64,000 nt of DNA from an uncultured cyanobacterium (GCA_963793425.1 CAWCAG010000005.1:96001-160000), one strand, 5' to 3'; positions 49,697 through 60,614 are shown, numbered from the stretch's first letter. Numbers and translations: made by a program. The notes: a model not told the origin generated them from the sequence alone.

Positions 49697-52600
49697 ATGG
49701 ATGAACAGCGTACCGAAGCTTATTTAAACCTGATTGATGAGATTCTCAACTGTCCTCATGAGGAAGCATTTGAGAGGTTAAATGCCCATCCTGATTTGCT
49801 GGATGCTGGGTTGTTGCAGGTGATGTTTCAAGTTGCTGATATCTTAATCATCAGGGAAATGAGAATACGGCAAATGTTTTACTTAATTTTGCTCAACAGT
49901 TAATAAAAGCTTTAAGAAGCACTTCTCCTGTTGTTGTTTCAGAAAAGGAAAGACAGGCAAGATTAAATTTTCTCATAAAGGTACTTCAAGCAACAGATGA
50001 TAGCCAAGGCAATCCTCAAATAGTTTATCCTCTCCTGCAAGCTAATCAAGATAAACTTGATGATACCTTTGCGGAGATTTTGCGACTTTGGGCAGAAGCT
50101 AACTTTGCTGAAGTAGAGGAAGTACAAGCACTAGATATTGCTGCTGTTATTGTTCATTTTAGTAACTTGATTCAGCAATTTCCTTTAGGTAGCAGAGCAA
50201 GTAACCTAGAAATTGCCATTAAGGTTATCAAATAGTCCAAACAGTTTATACTCGCGAGGCTTTTCCACAAAATTGGGCAGAAGCTAAAAACAACTTAGGT
50301 AATACTTATATAAACAGAATCAGAGGAGAAAAAGCTGACAATATCGAAATTGCTATTTCTGCTCTATCAAGCTGCTTTAGAGGTACGTACCTCGTAGAGC
50401 TTTTCCACAATACTGGGCAGATAACCCAAAACAACCTGGGTATTGCTTACGTAGATAGAATCAGAGGGGAGAAAGGCAGAAAATCTTGAAGCAGCATATT
50501 GCTGCTTATCAAGCTGCTTTATCCGTACGTACCCGTGAAGCTTTTCCACAAGATTGGGAAAATGAATCCTTGGCTGGCATGGATGGAGAGTAGGAAGTGA
50601 GCTAATGCTTTCTAACTGTTATTCAGGAGAAAAACTATACTGCGGGATTTGAAACTTTTACAAAAATGGTAGATCTGTTTAGAACAATTTAGGAAAGAAC
50701 AAAGATGGCAAAGTATGAAGACAAGCAGTAATTTCTCAAGGTAGTTCATACTTTATTGCAAGATGAAGATAAGCTAGACGATATTTTTGTGGCTGATGTT
50801 TTGGAAACGGAGCAAAAGTAGATTAGCTGAAGCGGAAGGAAGAAGTGCGTATCGAAGCTTATTTGAACCTGATTAATAGCGCTTCGGTCAAGAGTTTCCG
50901 GTAGAGGGAAAGTAAAAGAAATGATTACCGGTTACAAAGCAGTCATATATCCGTGAAAATGCTAGATTTTGGATAGCCACACAGAATGTACTAGGTTTAG
51001 CGTATCAAAAAAGAATTAGAGGGACAAGAGAAGAAAATCTTGAAGCTTCTATCTCAGCTTGCCAAGCTGCTTTGTCGGTTTGCACTCGTGAAGCTCTTCC
51101 TCAAGATTGGGCAATGAGCCAAAGCACCCTAGGTATTGCATATGAAGGAAGAATCAGGGGGGAGATGGCGAAAAATATCGAATCAGCTATTTCTGCTTAT
51201 CAAGCTGCTTTATCTGTTCGTACTCGTGAAGCTTTTCCTACAAGATTGGGCAATGACCCAAAGTACTCTAGGTAATGCTTATAGAGAAAGAATTAGAGGA
51301 GAGAAGGCAGAAAATATCGAATCAGCTATTTCTGCTTATCAAGCTACTTTATCTGTTTATACTCGTGAAGCTTTTCCTCAAGATTGGGCAGTGACCCAAA
51401 TCCGCCTGGGCAATATCTACGCTAAAAGAATCAGGGGAGAAAAAGAGAAGAATATTGAAGTTGCCATATTAGCTTGTCAGGCTGCATCCGAGGTACGTAC
51501 CCGTGAAGCTTTTCCTCAAGATTGGGCAATGATGCAACACAGCCTGGGGAATGCATACAGAGAAAGAATCAGAGGAGATAAGGCAGAAAATATTGAAGCA
51601 GCTATTTCTGCTTTTCAAGCTGCTTTATCTGTTCATACTCGTAAAGCTTTTCCTCAAGATTGGGCAATGATCCAACAGAACCTGGGTAATGCTTACAGAG
51701 AAAGAATTAGAGGAGAAAAAGCGGAAAATATCGAAGCAGCTATTTCTGCTTGTCAAGCTGCTTTATCTGTTCATACTCGCGAAGCTTTTCCTAAAGGATG
51801 GGCAATGACCAAAAATACCTTGGGTAGTGCATACAGAGTAAAATTAAGAGGGGAGATAGCCAAAAATCTTGAAATGGCTATCTCTACTTTCCAAGGTGCT
51901 TTATCTGTTTGTACCCATGAAGCTTTTCCTGAAGAGTGGGCAATGATACAAAACAACTTGGGAAACGCATACAGAGACAGAATCAAAGGAGATAGGGAAG
52001 ACAATCTCGAAACGGCAATTTCTGCTTTTCAAGCTGCTTTAGATGTACGCACCCAAGAAGCTTATCCTACAGGCTGGGCAGATGACTCAAAACAACTTAT
52101 GCACTACATACATAGAGAGAATCAGAGGAAAGAGAAAGGAGAATATAGAAGCTGCTATCTCTGCTTGTCAATCAGCCTTATCAGATCTATACCCATGAGG
52201 CTTTCCCTCAAAAATGGGCGTGGAGCAAAGGTAATCTGGGTACTGCATATATAAAGAGAATCAAAGGAAGGAGGGAAGACAATCTCGAAACGGCTATCTC
52301 TGCTTGTCAATCAGCCTTATCAGTTCATACCCACCAAGCTTTTCCTGAAGTCTATGTGAACAACTTCCTTCAATTTAGGCTTAGCTTATCGAAATGTAAC
52401 CAAAGGCTCATAGAGGCTTATGATAAGTTGAAAAAGGCTATTGAAGCTGCGGAGTCCTTGCGTGAGGAAATAGTTTCTGACAGTGAAGCTAAGCAGAAAC
52501 AAGCAGAAAAATCAAGCCAGTCTCTATCAAGTTATGGTGCTAACTTGCCTAGATTTAAATAAGCTCGATGAAGCCTTTGAATATGTAGAACGTAGCAAAA

Positions 52601-54021
52601 ACCGTAACTTAGTAGAACAAATTTTAGAGCGCGATCGCAACACAATTTTCCCACCAGAAGTAGCCAAGCAACTAGAAAAATTCCGCGATGAAATAGCTAG
52701 CGGGCAGCAACAAATTCAGTCAGGAAAAGCAGAAAATCATCAAGAATTAGCTGAATATCTCCAGCAATTGCGACAGCAGCGTAATCAATTGCAGGATAAA
52801 TATCTGTCTGTGGGTTCTGGTTTCAAATTTGAGCAACTCCAGGCAAATTTAGCTGAAAATACAGCAATTATTGAGTGGTATCTTACTTCTGAAGAAATAG
52901 TTGCTTTTGTATTGGCACCAGAGATTCTCAAGCTTGCTGTTTGGCGATCTACAAAAGAAGATCATAAGGCTTTAGATAATTGGTCGGAGCTAATGAGTAT
53001 CTAAACGAATATTACACTAACAAAACCAACTGGCGCAACAAACTCCCTTCCCGCCTCAACAAATCTTGCAGAAATTCTACACTTAGAAGAAATCCTCAAG
53101 TTAATTCCTAAAACCTACTCTCGCCTCATTCTCATTCCCCATAGATATCTCCATCTCTTTCCCCTCCACGCATTACAAAGCAAAAGACAAACAACCAAAG
53201 GCGAAATTACAGGCACATTAATGGAACTATTCCCCGATGGTGTCAGCTACGCCCCCAGTTGCCAACTCCTGCAACAACTGCAAACCAGACAACGCCCCAA
53301 CTTCCAATCCCTCTTCGCTATCCAAAACCCCACAGAAGACTTAACCTACACCGACTTAGAAGTAGAAAAAATCTCCTCTCTCTTTTCCTCCCAAATCTTA
53401 CCCGGCAAACAAGCCACTAAAACCGCCTTAACAGAAGCCAAAAACCAACTACAAACGGCTAACTATCTCCACTTCTCCTGTCACGGTACTTTTAACTTGC
53501 AATCACCCCAAGACTCATTTTTACTCCTAGCGGATACTGAAGATTCAGAAGGGAAAATAGATTTAAACAAATGCCTCACTTTGGGCAACCTGTTTGAGAG
53601 AGATTTCAATCTCCCTAACTGTCGTCTCGTTGTTCTTTCTGCTTGTGAAACAGGCTTAGTTGACTTCAATAACACCAGCGATGAATATATCGGTTTACCT
53701 AGCGGTTTTCTTTATGCCGGAAGTTCTAATGTTGTCAGTAGTTTGTGGACGGTAAGTGACTTATCTACTGCTTTCTTGATGCTCAAGTTTATCCAAAATC
53801 TCCAAGCCAAAGAAAATATTTCTGTTCCCCTTGCCCTTAACCAAGCACAATTATGGTTGCGGGATGCGACGAAAGAAGAGTTACAAGTTTGGACTGAGGG
53901 GTTAAATTTAGATAGTACTTGGAGTGAGGAAGTAGATGATTTACTTGCAGGAATGAAACCCCAAGAAAAGCATTTTCAATCTCCTTTTTATTGGGCTGCG
54001 TTTACGGCTGTTGGTATTTAG
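49697..54021 (+). pseudogene. TPR-CHAT (caspase-like) protease gene broken by many frameshifts
   Basis: N-terminal RTEAYLNLI...HPDLLDAGL and FLIKVLQAT..SQGNPQIVYPLL domains, then many 46-aa TPRs (AFPQDWAM.Q..LGNAYRERIRGEKAENIE.AI) in shifting frames. CHAT dyad motifs HFSCHG and VVLSACETG are intact in 53221-54021. Confidence 0.85.
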
Positions 54022-54031
54022 GAAAATAATC

Positions 54032-54376
54032 ATGTCAATATACGAAGAAAAAGTTAACAACTTTGTTCATTTATTGAAAACTCAACCCAGTTTATTTGCA
54101 GAGGTAAACAGGGATGAATTAGAGAAGATAATTTCATCTCAACAAGAAGATATTAGAGCAATTTCTAATACTATTACTGATTTTTGCCAAGGGTATCCCC
54201 AAGTAGAAGATGCTTTGAGAGAGCTTAAACCAATAAGTAGAAGTTCTAAAGGGCCAGGAAAGACAAAAGCTAATCCTAATATTCCTGACTACGAACACGA
54301 TAAAAAATCAATAATCAACGCGATTCAACAAAGTTCTAGCGGTGAAAACAAAAAAGAAAAGCCAGACAAAAAATAA
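54032..54376 (+). CDS. Small protein directly downstream of TPR-CHAT (candidate substrate or adaptor)
   Basis: ATG 10 nt after the CHAT stop. Helical N-terminal half, flexible SRSSKGPGKTKANP linker, short helix, charged tail. Confidence 0.7.
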   Translation: MSIYEEKVNNFVHLLKTQPSLFAEVNRDELEKIISSQQEDIRAISNTITDFCQGYPQVEDALRELKPISRSSKGPGKTKANPNIPDYEHDKKSIINAIQQSSSGENKKEKPDKK

Positions 54377-54393
54377 CGCGCTATAAAAAATCA

Positions 54394-54929
54394 TGTCTTT
54401 GGTGCGTTACGGCGCAATATGTTTATATTTAAGTAATAGCTGAGATTATTTTAATGTGCCTAACACACCCTACTCAACTGATTAAATGGAAACCGTCATT
54501 CTTTTCAAAAAAGTCCGTTTAAACGGACTTAAAATATGAGACGGAGAATTAATTCTCCGGCTCCGGCTATGAAGTTTGTCTTTGGTGCGTTACGGCGCAA
54601 TATGTTTATATTTAAGTAATAGCTGAGATTATTTTAATGTGCCTAACACACCCTACTCAACTGATTAAATGGAAACCGTCATTCTTTTCAAAAAAGTCCG
54701 TTTAAACGGACTTAAAATATGAGACGGAGAATTAATTCTCCGGCTCCGGCTATGAAGTTTGTCTTTGGTGCGTTACGGCGCAATATGTTTATATTTAAGT
54801 AATAGCTGAGATTATTTTAATGCGCCTAACACACCCTACTCAACTGATTAAATGAAAACCATCATTCTTTTCAAAAAAGTCCGTTTAAACGGACTTAAAA
54901 TATGAGACGGAGAATTAATTCTCCGGCTC
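54394..54929. repeat. Tandem array of a 183-bp hairpin-rich unit (about 2.9 copies)
   Basis: Units start at 54394, 54577 and 54760. Each holds a REP-like GGTGCGTTACGGCGCA...TGYGCCTAACACACCCTAC and the perfect palindromes AAGTCCGTTTAAACGGACTT and CGGAGAATTAATTCTCCG. Confidence 0.95.
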
Positions 54930-54955
54930 TCTCTATCACCAGCGATAAATGATCA

Positions 54956-56320
54956 ATGACAAAAGTTGCTTACCCAAAACTAACTCTCTACGCTTTTCAT
55001 CTTCGCCATAACTTAGCCCAAGGTGAAATAAATCCTGTCAGTAATGCTAATGGTTTGTGGTTGAAATGCCAGGAATTAGGACAAAAACTGGGCATTCCTA
55101 AACTAGAAGCATTACCAAGTTTAATACCAGCAGCAGACTCGCAAGTTACAGGAAATCTGTTACCCGCGAATACTACTTTTACTGCTATTGAACACAACAC
55201 GAATCTACATTTAAGGGGAGAAGTTACCCCTCTATTAATTCACGATACTTATGCCCTGGATTTAACCCTACGTTACCCACAACCAGAAGTAGGAATTGCC
55301 AACTTAAAAGGATTAAACCCCGATAATTGTTTACTACCGAGTTACATTAATGCTTCCCTCGGACAAACCTTGGTTTTATTTGTTCAACCTGTAGGCAAAG
55401 TTACCAAAGAAGCAGATTTTGCTTTAAATTGTGTGGAAGCTTTATTAACTCCAAAAACCTATCAGGAATTACAACTTACTTGCCAAGCAAAAGGGAATTT
55501 ATTAGGTGGTTCTCTCTTTGAATTTAATAACGACGCAACTTCTCCTCAACAACAATGTCATCTTCTGGTATGGTTAAATAGTTCTGAACAAACCAACAAG
55601 TTAGAAGAATCCGGAGAATATTATTACCCTTTAATTGACCTCTTGCTTTGTCGCAGTAAAATAATTTATGCTAACTCCCAAGCTACTTGGTGTTATCAAC
55701 AAGCTAGGCAAGATTACCAACGCTTAGAAGCTAATGTTAATGAGTTTAATCAGCTTAAAGAACGCTCCGTTAAAGATATTTATCCTCAACTGCAACAACA
55801 ACTTAGAGATTTACCAGAAATTGCTTTTAGTTATGGACGTAGTTTACGAGATTTAGAAATACAAAAAACCACCATAAAAACTAATAGCAAAAACTATAAA
55901 TTAAATCTTGATAAATTAAACAAGCTTTGCTTGAAAGAAGACAACTTAGAATTATTTCACAACTTCCTCAATTTAGCCGAAACCACTTCCATTGAACAAA
56001 TCGAAACCAATTTAGCCTATCTTGCCCCCGCCCAAACCTTATTTAACCAGATGATCGAAACCATACGAGGCAGCGTAGAAATTGAACAAGCAAAGCGTGA
56101 ACGCAGCTTAGAAATAACTATCCAAGTTTTTGGGGTGGGGCTGGCAACGGCAGGAATAGTCTCGGCTGCTGTTGGAGAATATAAAGACACACCTATTGTT
56201 ATCGCACCTCAAAAACCAACTCATCCCGCTGTTAACAACCTTTTATTGAGTCTTGTAGCAGGTGCGATCGCCGCATCCATTACTCGGTTATTTGTGGGAC
56301 TTCGTTATAAAAATAAGTAA
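54956..56320 (+). CDS. CorA-like protein (alpha/beta N-domain, long helices, two C-terminal TM segments)
   Basis: Long amphipathic helices, then IETIRGSVEIEQAKRERSLE and two TMs (IQVFGVGLATAGIVSAAV; LLLSLVAGAIAASITRLFV). No GMN motif. Confidence 0.7.
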   Translation: MTKVAYPKLTLYAFHLRHNLAQGEINPVSNANGLWLKCQELGQKLGIPKLEALPSLIPAADSQVTGNLLPANTTFTAIEHNTNLHLRGEVTPLLIHDTYALDLTLRYPQPEVGIANLKGLNPDNCLLPSYINASLGQTLVLFVQPVGKVTKEADFALNCVEALLTPKTYQELQLTCQAKGNLLGGSLFEFNNDATSPQQQCHLLVWLNSSEQTNKLEESGEYYYPLIDLLLCRSKIIYANSQATWCYQQARQDYQRLEANVNEFNQLKERSVKDIYPQLQQQLRDLPEIAFSYGRSLRDLEIQKTTIKTNSKNYKLNLDKLNKLCLKEDNLELFHNFLNLAETTSIEQIETNLAYLAPAQTLFNQMIETIRGSVEIEQAKRERSLEITIQVFGVGLATAGIVSAAVGEYKDTPIVIAPQKPTHPAVNNLLLSLVAGAIAASITRLFVGLRYKNK

Positions 56321-56476
56321 CAAGTAATAGATAATATCAATTATCCTTATTGCCTATTGTCTATGGTTTTTTGCTATTACTTTCATTCTTATCTATCGTA
56401 AGGGTACTTATTACGTAACACAAAGCGGTATAAGATTTATTTAATAGTTGCGAATATATCAAAAGGATCTGACAAT

Positions 56477-58675
56477 ATGACTGTTGCTACAGGGATTCCT
56501 AGCTTTTGTCAAGGCATTCAACACTTTAGTGAAGAACTACCTGAATTTAATAAATATGGACAAAAACCCGCTATTGGGCAAGGAAAGACAGCTATCTCTT
56601 CCCCTAGTGATAGTAATGCTGTTTACCAAACCCTCCTTGGGGCAGATGCGCTACGTTACTTAACCCTGCAAATAACTTCTTCTAAATCTTCCGGACATCC
56701 TGGTGGCTTTGCTAGTATTGCTGATTGTATTGCGGCATTAGTCATGTTGGGCTACAAAAACATCCTCACAGAAGTAGGACACCATGCCCCAGGATTTTAT
56801 AGCAATGTGTTCCTAGATCGTTCCTTAGAAGCAATGGGCATTGAAACAGTCCAACAAATGCGCGATCGCTACCGAGAAACCCATGGACTTTTAGGCCACC
56901 TCTCAGGGCAAATTCCAGGACTTCTTAGCCCGGCGGGGCCTTTGGGACAGGGACAGCATTTTGCTATGGCAGGGGCAAAGCTTCATCCTGACCTACTTTT
57001 CCCTGTTACCATTGGTGATGGAGGTATTGGGGAACCTTATGTGATGAGTAGCTTTGGGCATTTTAATACTGCTTATCCTCAAGTTACCAACTTCTTGCCC
57101 ATCTTAGTTTGGAATGGTTACTCTCAAGAACATCACAGCATGGTTTCCACCAAAACTAATCAGGAGATGATTGACTACTGGGCAGGGAATGGTTTTAAGA
57201 ATATATTCCTTCTGGATGCTAAGGAATACGACGATGCTAACCAAAAGGGTGATTATGTAGATAGCACTATGTTTTCTTGGGAAAATCGCCTCAAGTTTAC
57301 TCAAGCAATGTTAGAAACCGCCGACAAAGCAGCTAAGTCTGCCCTGGGCGGCACATTGACAGTACTGATTGTGAAACAGCTTAAAGGGGCAGGAGTTCAC
57401 AAAAGAGGCGCACAGTCCCATAACCTCTATCCTGGAGATACCACTGATAAAGATTATATCGTCAGTGCCTTAAAGGCCAGGGCTTTGACCCCAGAAGGCT
57501 GGCAATTGGTACGCAACAATTGGGAACAAGCAGGAGGCGGCCCCGCCTCTCAAGTTGCTGTAACTGAGAAGGTTTTGCCCTTGCCGGAATTAGGAGACTT
57601 ACCTTTAAAAGAATTTCCTGTCGGTGGAGACAAGCAAATTGCTACTACTGCTATGGGTGCGATCGCCGCTTATGTGGGTAAGCAAGACTCTAATTTCATC
57701 GTTGCCAATGCAGATGGTAATGCGGCATCGGGAATTAACAACATTAACATTGCCCTGAAAATCATCCACCCCACCACCGATGAAACCTACTATCAACAGC
57801 CTCAAGGTCAAGTATACGAACCCTTAAGCGAAGATGCTTGTGCAGGTTTGGCAGCCGGTTTAGCTTTATTCGGCTCTCGTAGTCTTTGGTGTTCCTATGA
57901 ATCTTTTGCTATCAACGGTTTACCTATTTGGCAAACCGTTACCCAAGCCATGGCAGAGTTACGCCGCCCCACTCCTTCCACCATCACCCTTTTTACCGCC
58001 GGGGCATTGGAACAAGGGCGCAATGGTTGGACACATCAAAGGCCAGAAATTGAAAACTACTTTGCAGGAATGATGCGTAATGGTAATATTTTCCCTTTAT
58101 TCCCCTGCGATGCTAATAGTATTCAAGCTTGTTATGAATGGGCATTAGGTACTAAAAACAAAGGAGTTACCATCACTGCAAGTAAGTCACCCTTGCCGAT
58201 TCGTACTAGCTTGGCACAAACTCGTCAGGCATTACAACAAGGTGCGGTGGTATTACAAGAAAGCGAAGGTAGTAAGAAAGTTGTTTTTGCTGTGATTGGG
58301 GATATGACTTTGCTGCCAGTTTATGAAGCAGCAGCACAATTAAAGGCTGAAGGCATTGGTACAAAGATTGTGACGGTAATTAGTCCCCGTCGCTTGTATC
58401 GTCCCAGCGATACAGCTTCTGACACTTGCAGCGAAGCAGATAATAGTTTTATTGATGATGCAAAGTTTGAGGAGTTGTTTGCTGGGGATGCTTTACTAGG
58501 TATCACCGGGGGTAGCAGTGCGATGTTGGAACCCATCATGCTACGTAGCAATAGCAAGCGAGACACCTTTGCTTGGAAGCGAGGGGAAACTGCTTCTAGT
58601 GCAACCAAGGTGATGGAAATTAATGGTTTGACGGCTGAAGCTTTTGTGAAGCGGGCGAAAGAGTTGATTAGTTAG
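56477..58675 (+). CDS. Phosphoketolase/transketolase-family ThDP enzyme
   Basis: SGHPGG, EVGHHAPG, GPLGQG, GDG...N ThDP motif, EPLSE, SYESF and NGWTHQRP. Confidence 0.88.
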   Translation: MTVATGIPSFCQGIQHFSEELPEFNKYGQKPAIGQGKTAISSPSDSNAVYQTLLGADALRYLTLQITSSKSSGHPGGFASIADCIAALVMLGYKNILTEVGHHAPGFYSNVFLDRSLEAMGIETVQQMRDRYRETHGLLGHLSGQIPGLLSPAGPLGQGQHFAMAGAKLHPDLLFPVTIGDGGIGEPYVMSSFGHFNTAYPQVTNFLPILVWNGYSQEHHSMVSTKTNQEMIDYWAGNGFKNIFLLDAKEYDDANQKGDYVDSTMFSWENRLKFTQAMLETADKAAKSALGGTLTVLIVKQLKGAGVHKRGAQSHNLYPGDTTDKDYIVSALKARALTPEGWQLVRNNWEQAGGGPASQVAVTEKVLPLPELGDLPLKEFPVGGDKQIATTAMGAIAAYVGKQDSNFIVANADGNAASGINNINIALKIIHPTTDETYYQQPQGQVYEPLSEDACAGLAAGLALFGSRSLWCSYESFAINGLPIWQTVTQAMAELRRPTPSTITLFTAGALEQGRNGWTHQRPEIENYFAGMMRNGNIFPLFPCDANSIQACYEWALGTKNKGVTITASKSPLPIRTSLAQTRQALQQGAVVLQESEGSKKVVFAVIGDMTLLPVYEAAAQLKAEGIGTKIVTVISPRRLYRPSDTASDTCSEADNSFIDDAKFEELFAGDALLGITGGSSAMLEPIMLRSNSKRDTFAWKRGETASSATKVMEINGLTAEAFVKRAKELIS

Positions 58676-58698
58676 GTTAATATCATTATCCCTATTTT

Positions 58699-58789
58699 GG
58701 CGTTGCTGAATCAAGAATGTTAATCAACAAATCACGCTACTTATTCCGTAGACAGTTGCACTAAAAACGTTTACGCATTCAGCAACGCC
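58699..58789. mobile_element. 91-bp MITE-like element with 13-bp terminal inverted repeats
   Basis: GGCGTTGCTGAAT (58699-58711) and ATTCAGCAACGCC (58777-58789). Confidence 0.7.
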
Positions 58790-58791
58790 TC

Positions 58792-58998
58792 CTAGCGTTT
58801 ATCTCGTTTGACAATTAGCCAAGTTACCCAACTAGTAATTCCGCCAAGAATTAGACTTGCGATCGCAATTATGGCAAAATGATAGGTTGATTTTAGATAA
58901 TCAGGTTTTTGTTCGATTATGATTACATCTCCGACTGGGTTTTGCAAAGCTGCGGAGGTGATTGAAGCTACACCTAAGCCTACTCCTGCTAAGGCTTC
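58792..58998 (-). pseudogene. 3' remnant (two TM helices) of a CorA-like paralogue
   Basis: Hand translation: EALAGVGLGVASITSAALQNPVGDVIIIEQKPDYLKSTYHFAIIAIASLILGGITSWVTWLIVKRDKR*. No start codon; in-frame stop immediately upstream. Confidence 0.6.
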
Positions 58999-59152
58999 CT
59001 ATAGACCAAATGTACCTCATAAGTCTGATAAATGTTTCAAGAAAAACGCGATAAATAACTTTCCCTTGTTTCTTACCGAAAGTTAGATATCGCGTTCTGC
59101 ACCAGGAGCAAAATTGATAACGTCTTGTAGAGATTGACGTTATATAAAAAGC

Positions 59153-59581
59153 TTATTTATCCATGTGGAGTAACTTGTAATAAAAAGATTGCGGAAAATC
59201 TGTATCACCGTTTTTTTGATGGCTAAAGATAATATCAATTAAATAATTAACAAATTCTGAATTAAGAATCAAAACTTTATAACTCAACTCGGCACTACCA
59301 TCAAACTGAACAATGCAATAAGTAAATTGGGAAGGAATAAAGTTAACATCCGTAGACCAACTAGCTACAAAAGAAATGTTTTTTCCCCCAGCTATTTTCC
59401 TTTCCCCTTCTAAATGCCCTTTCTGATAGAGATTGAGGGCAAGAGGTAAAAAACTGCGTCGGCTACTCTTACAGTAAGGATTAAAAATAGCGACAGTTTT
59501 AGATTGAATTGGTTTAAGTTTATCAAGAGAAGGAGACAATTGCTGATAACCCTCAACAGAATTTAATACAGTACTAACCAT
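59153..59581 (-). CDS. ebsA: EbsA-family type IV pilus/secretion accessory protein (divergent)
   Basis: LPLALNLYQKGHLEGERKIAGG..ISFVASW...QFDGSAELSY...EFVNYLID...DFPQSFYYKLL. Confidence 0.75.
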   Translation of the reverse strand: MVSTVLNSVEGYQQLSPSLDKLKPIQSKTVAIFNPYCKSSRRSFLPLALNLYQKGHLEGERKIAGGKNISFVASWSTDVNFIPSQFTYCIVQFDGSAELSYKVLILNSEFVNYLIDIIFSHQKNGDTDFPQSFYYKLLHMDK

Positions 59582-59656
59582 TTTTGCTACCCCGATTATT
59601 TAAGATGTACAAATTACTGAAGGAAAAACAGGAATAAAAGCGGAGAAAACTCTCTT

Positions 59657-60055
59657 TTAGTTGAGCGCAAGTTTAGCTTTGATTTGAGCAACAAAATCTT
59701 GATGATCTATTACTGGTTTAGGAATGTAGCCATCTGCCCCGCTGGTTTCTAAAAAGTACTCGCGATCGCAACTCTCACCATTGGCTGTGACTAAGATAAC
59801 TGGTACTTGGGCAGTATGGGGATGGGCTTTAAGCATTTGGGTAATGGCAATACCATCAACAGGTTTACCTTGGTAGTAGCTATTATTTAAAGAAACATCC
59901 ATGAGAATAATGTCTGCTTCTTTTTGTTGGACAATTTGCATTACTTCTTCGACATTTTCCGTATGCTTAGCTGCTAAGCCACCTTGTTTAGTAAGTATTT
60001 TTTGAAAAACTTTCCAATTAATAGGATCGTCTTCCACAACTAAAACAGTTTTCAT
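59657..60055 (-). CDS. Single-domain response regulator (DivK-like)
   Basis: VLVVEDD, ILMDVSL (phospho-Asp), LVTA and YIPKPV. Confidence 0.9.
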   Translation of the reverse strand: MKTVLVVEDDPINWKVFQKILTKQGGLAAKHTENVEEVMQIVQQKEADIILMDVSLNNSYYQGKPVDGIAITQMLKAHPHTAQVPVILVTANGESCDREYFLETSGADGYIPKPVIDHQDFVAQIKAKLALN

Positions 60056-60143
60056 TCCTGACAAAATATTGGTGAGTGTATTGTTAAGGTAGATGCAGAT
60101 TTGGTGGAAGATTGCCCCCTTAGTCGAGCAATCCTGGCGAAAA

Positions 60144-60305
60144 TTAGCTTTCCGCTTTTTTACTATCTTTCAAAAGATATTTAGCTAAAGCATCAGCTAA
60201 TTGTTCTTCTGGTTCTTTTTTCTTGGGCTTTTCCTCTTCTTTAGCGAGAAGTTGGCTGCAAAGCAAACTAACACTTAAAAAAGTTAAAACTGGTAGAAGC
60301 ATCAT
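60144..60305 (-). CDS. 53-aa small protein with a hydrophobic N-terminus
   Basis: MMLLPVLTFLSVSLLCSQLLAKEEEKPKKKEPEEQLADALAKYLLKDSKKAES*, with a GAAGAGGA RBS upstream; below the ORF-track cut-off. Confidence 0.6.
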   Translation of the reverse strand: MMLLPVLTFLSVSLLCSQLLAKEEEKPKKKEPEEQLADALAKYLLKDSKKAES

Positions 60306-60614
60306 GATAATTCCTCTTCATAAATATTTAGTTTTTAGTAAGACCTTGTGATTAGTTGAACGTCCCTTGGTTGAGTGACTATATTTAGTTTGCTGAATAA
60401 CTGAGGAAAAGTCGATACAGTAAAGTTCAGGAATGGGACTTGGCGACAAGGCGAAGGTTAAGAGGTGGTTGGGTAAAAGTAAGTCTGGGTAGTTAATGTA
60501 GCCGATGGCAAGCTGACAACAATCTCTGCTTTTCCCTCCCTGGACTTAAAAGTTACAGAAAAAGTCAAGAAAGTTCAGGTAGACTGTAAAAAAATCAGGA
60601 TGTATAGCTCAATT

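Noticed and set aside
50230..52350. Regular 138-bp DNA repeats as a CRISPR or non-coding array
   Set aside because: They translate to 46-aa TPR units of the CHAT gene.
54394..54929. CRISPR array
   Set aside because: Whole 183-bp units repeat with no unique spacers, and no cas genes are in the window.
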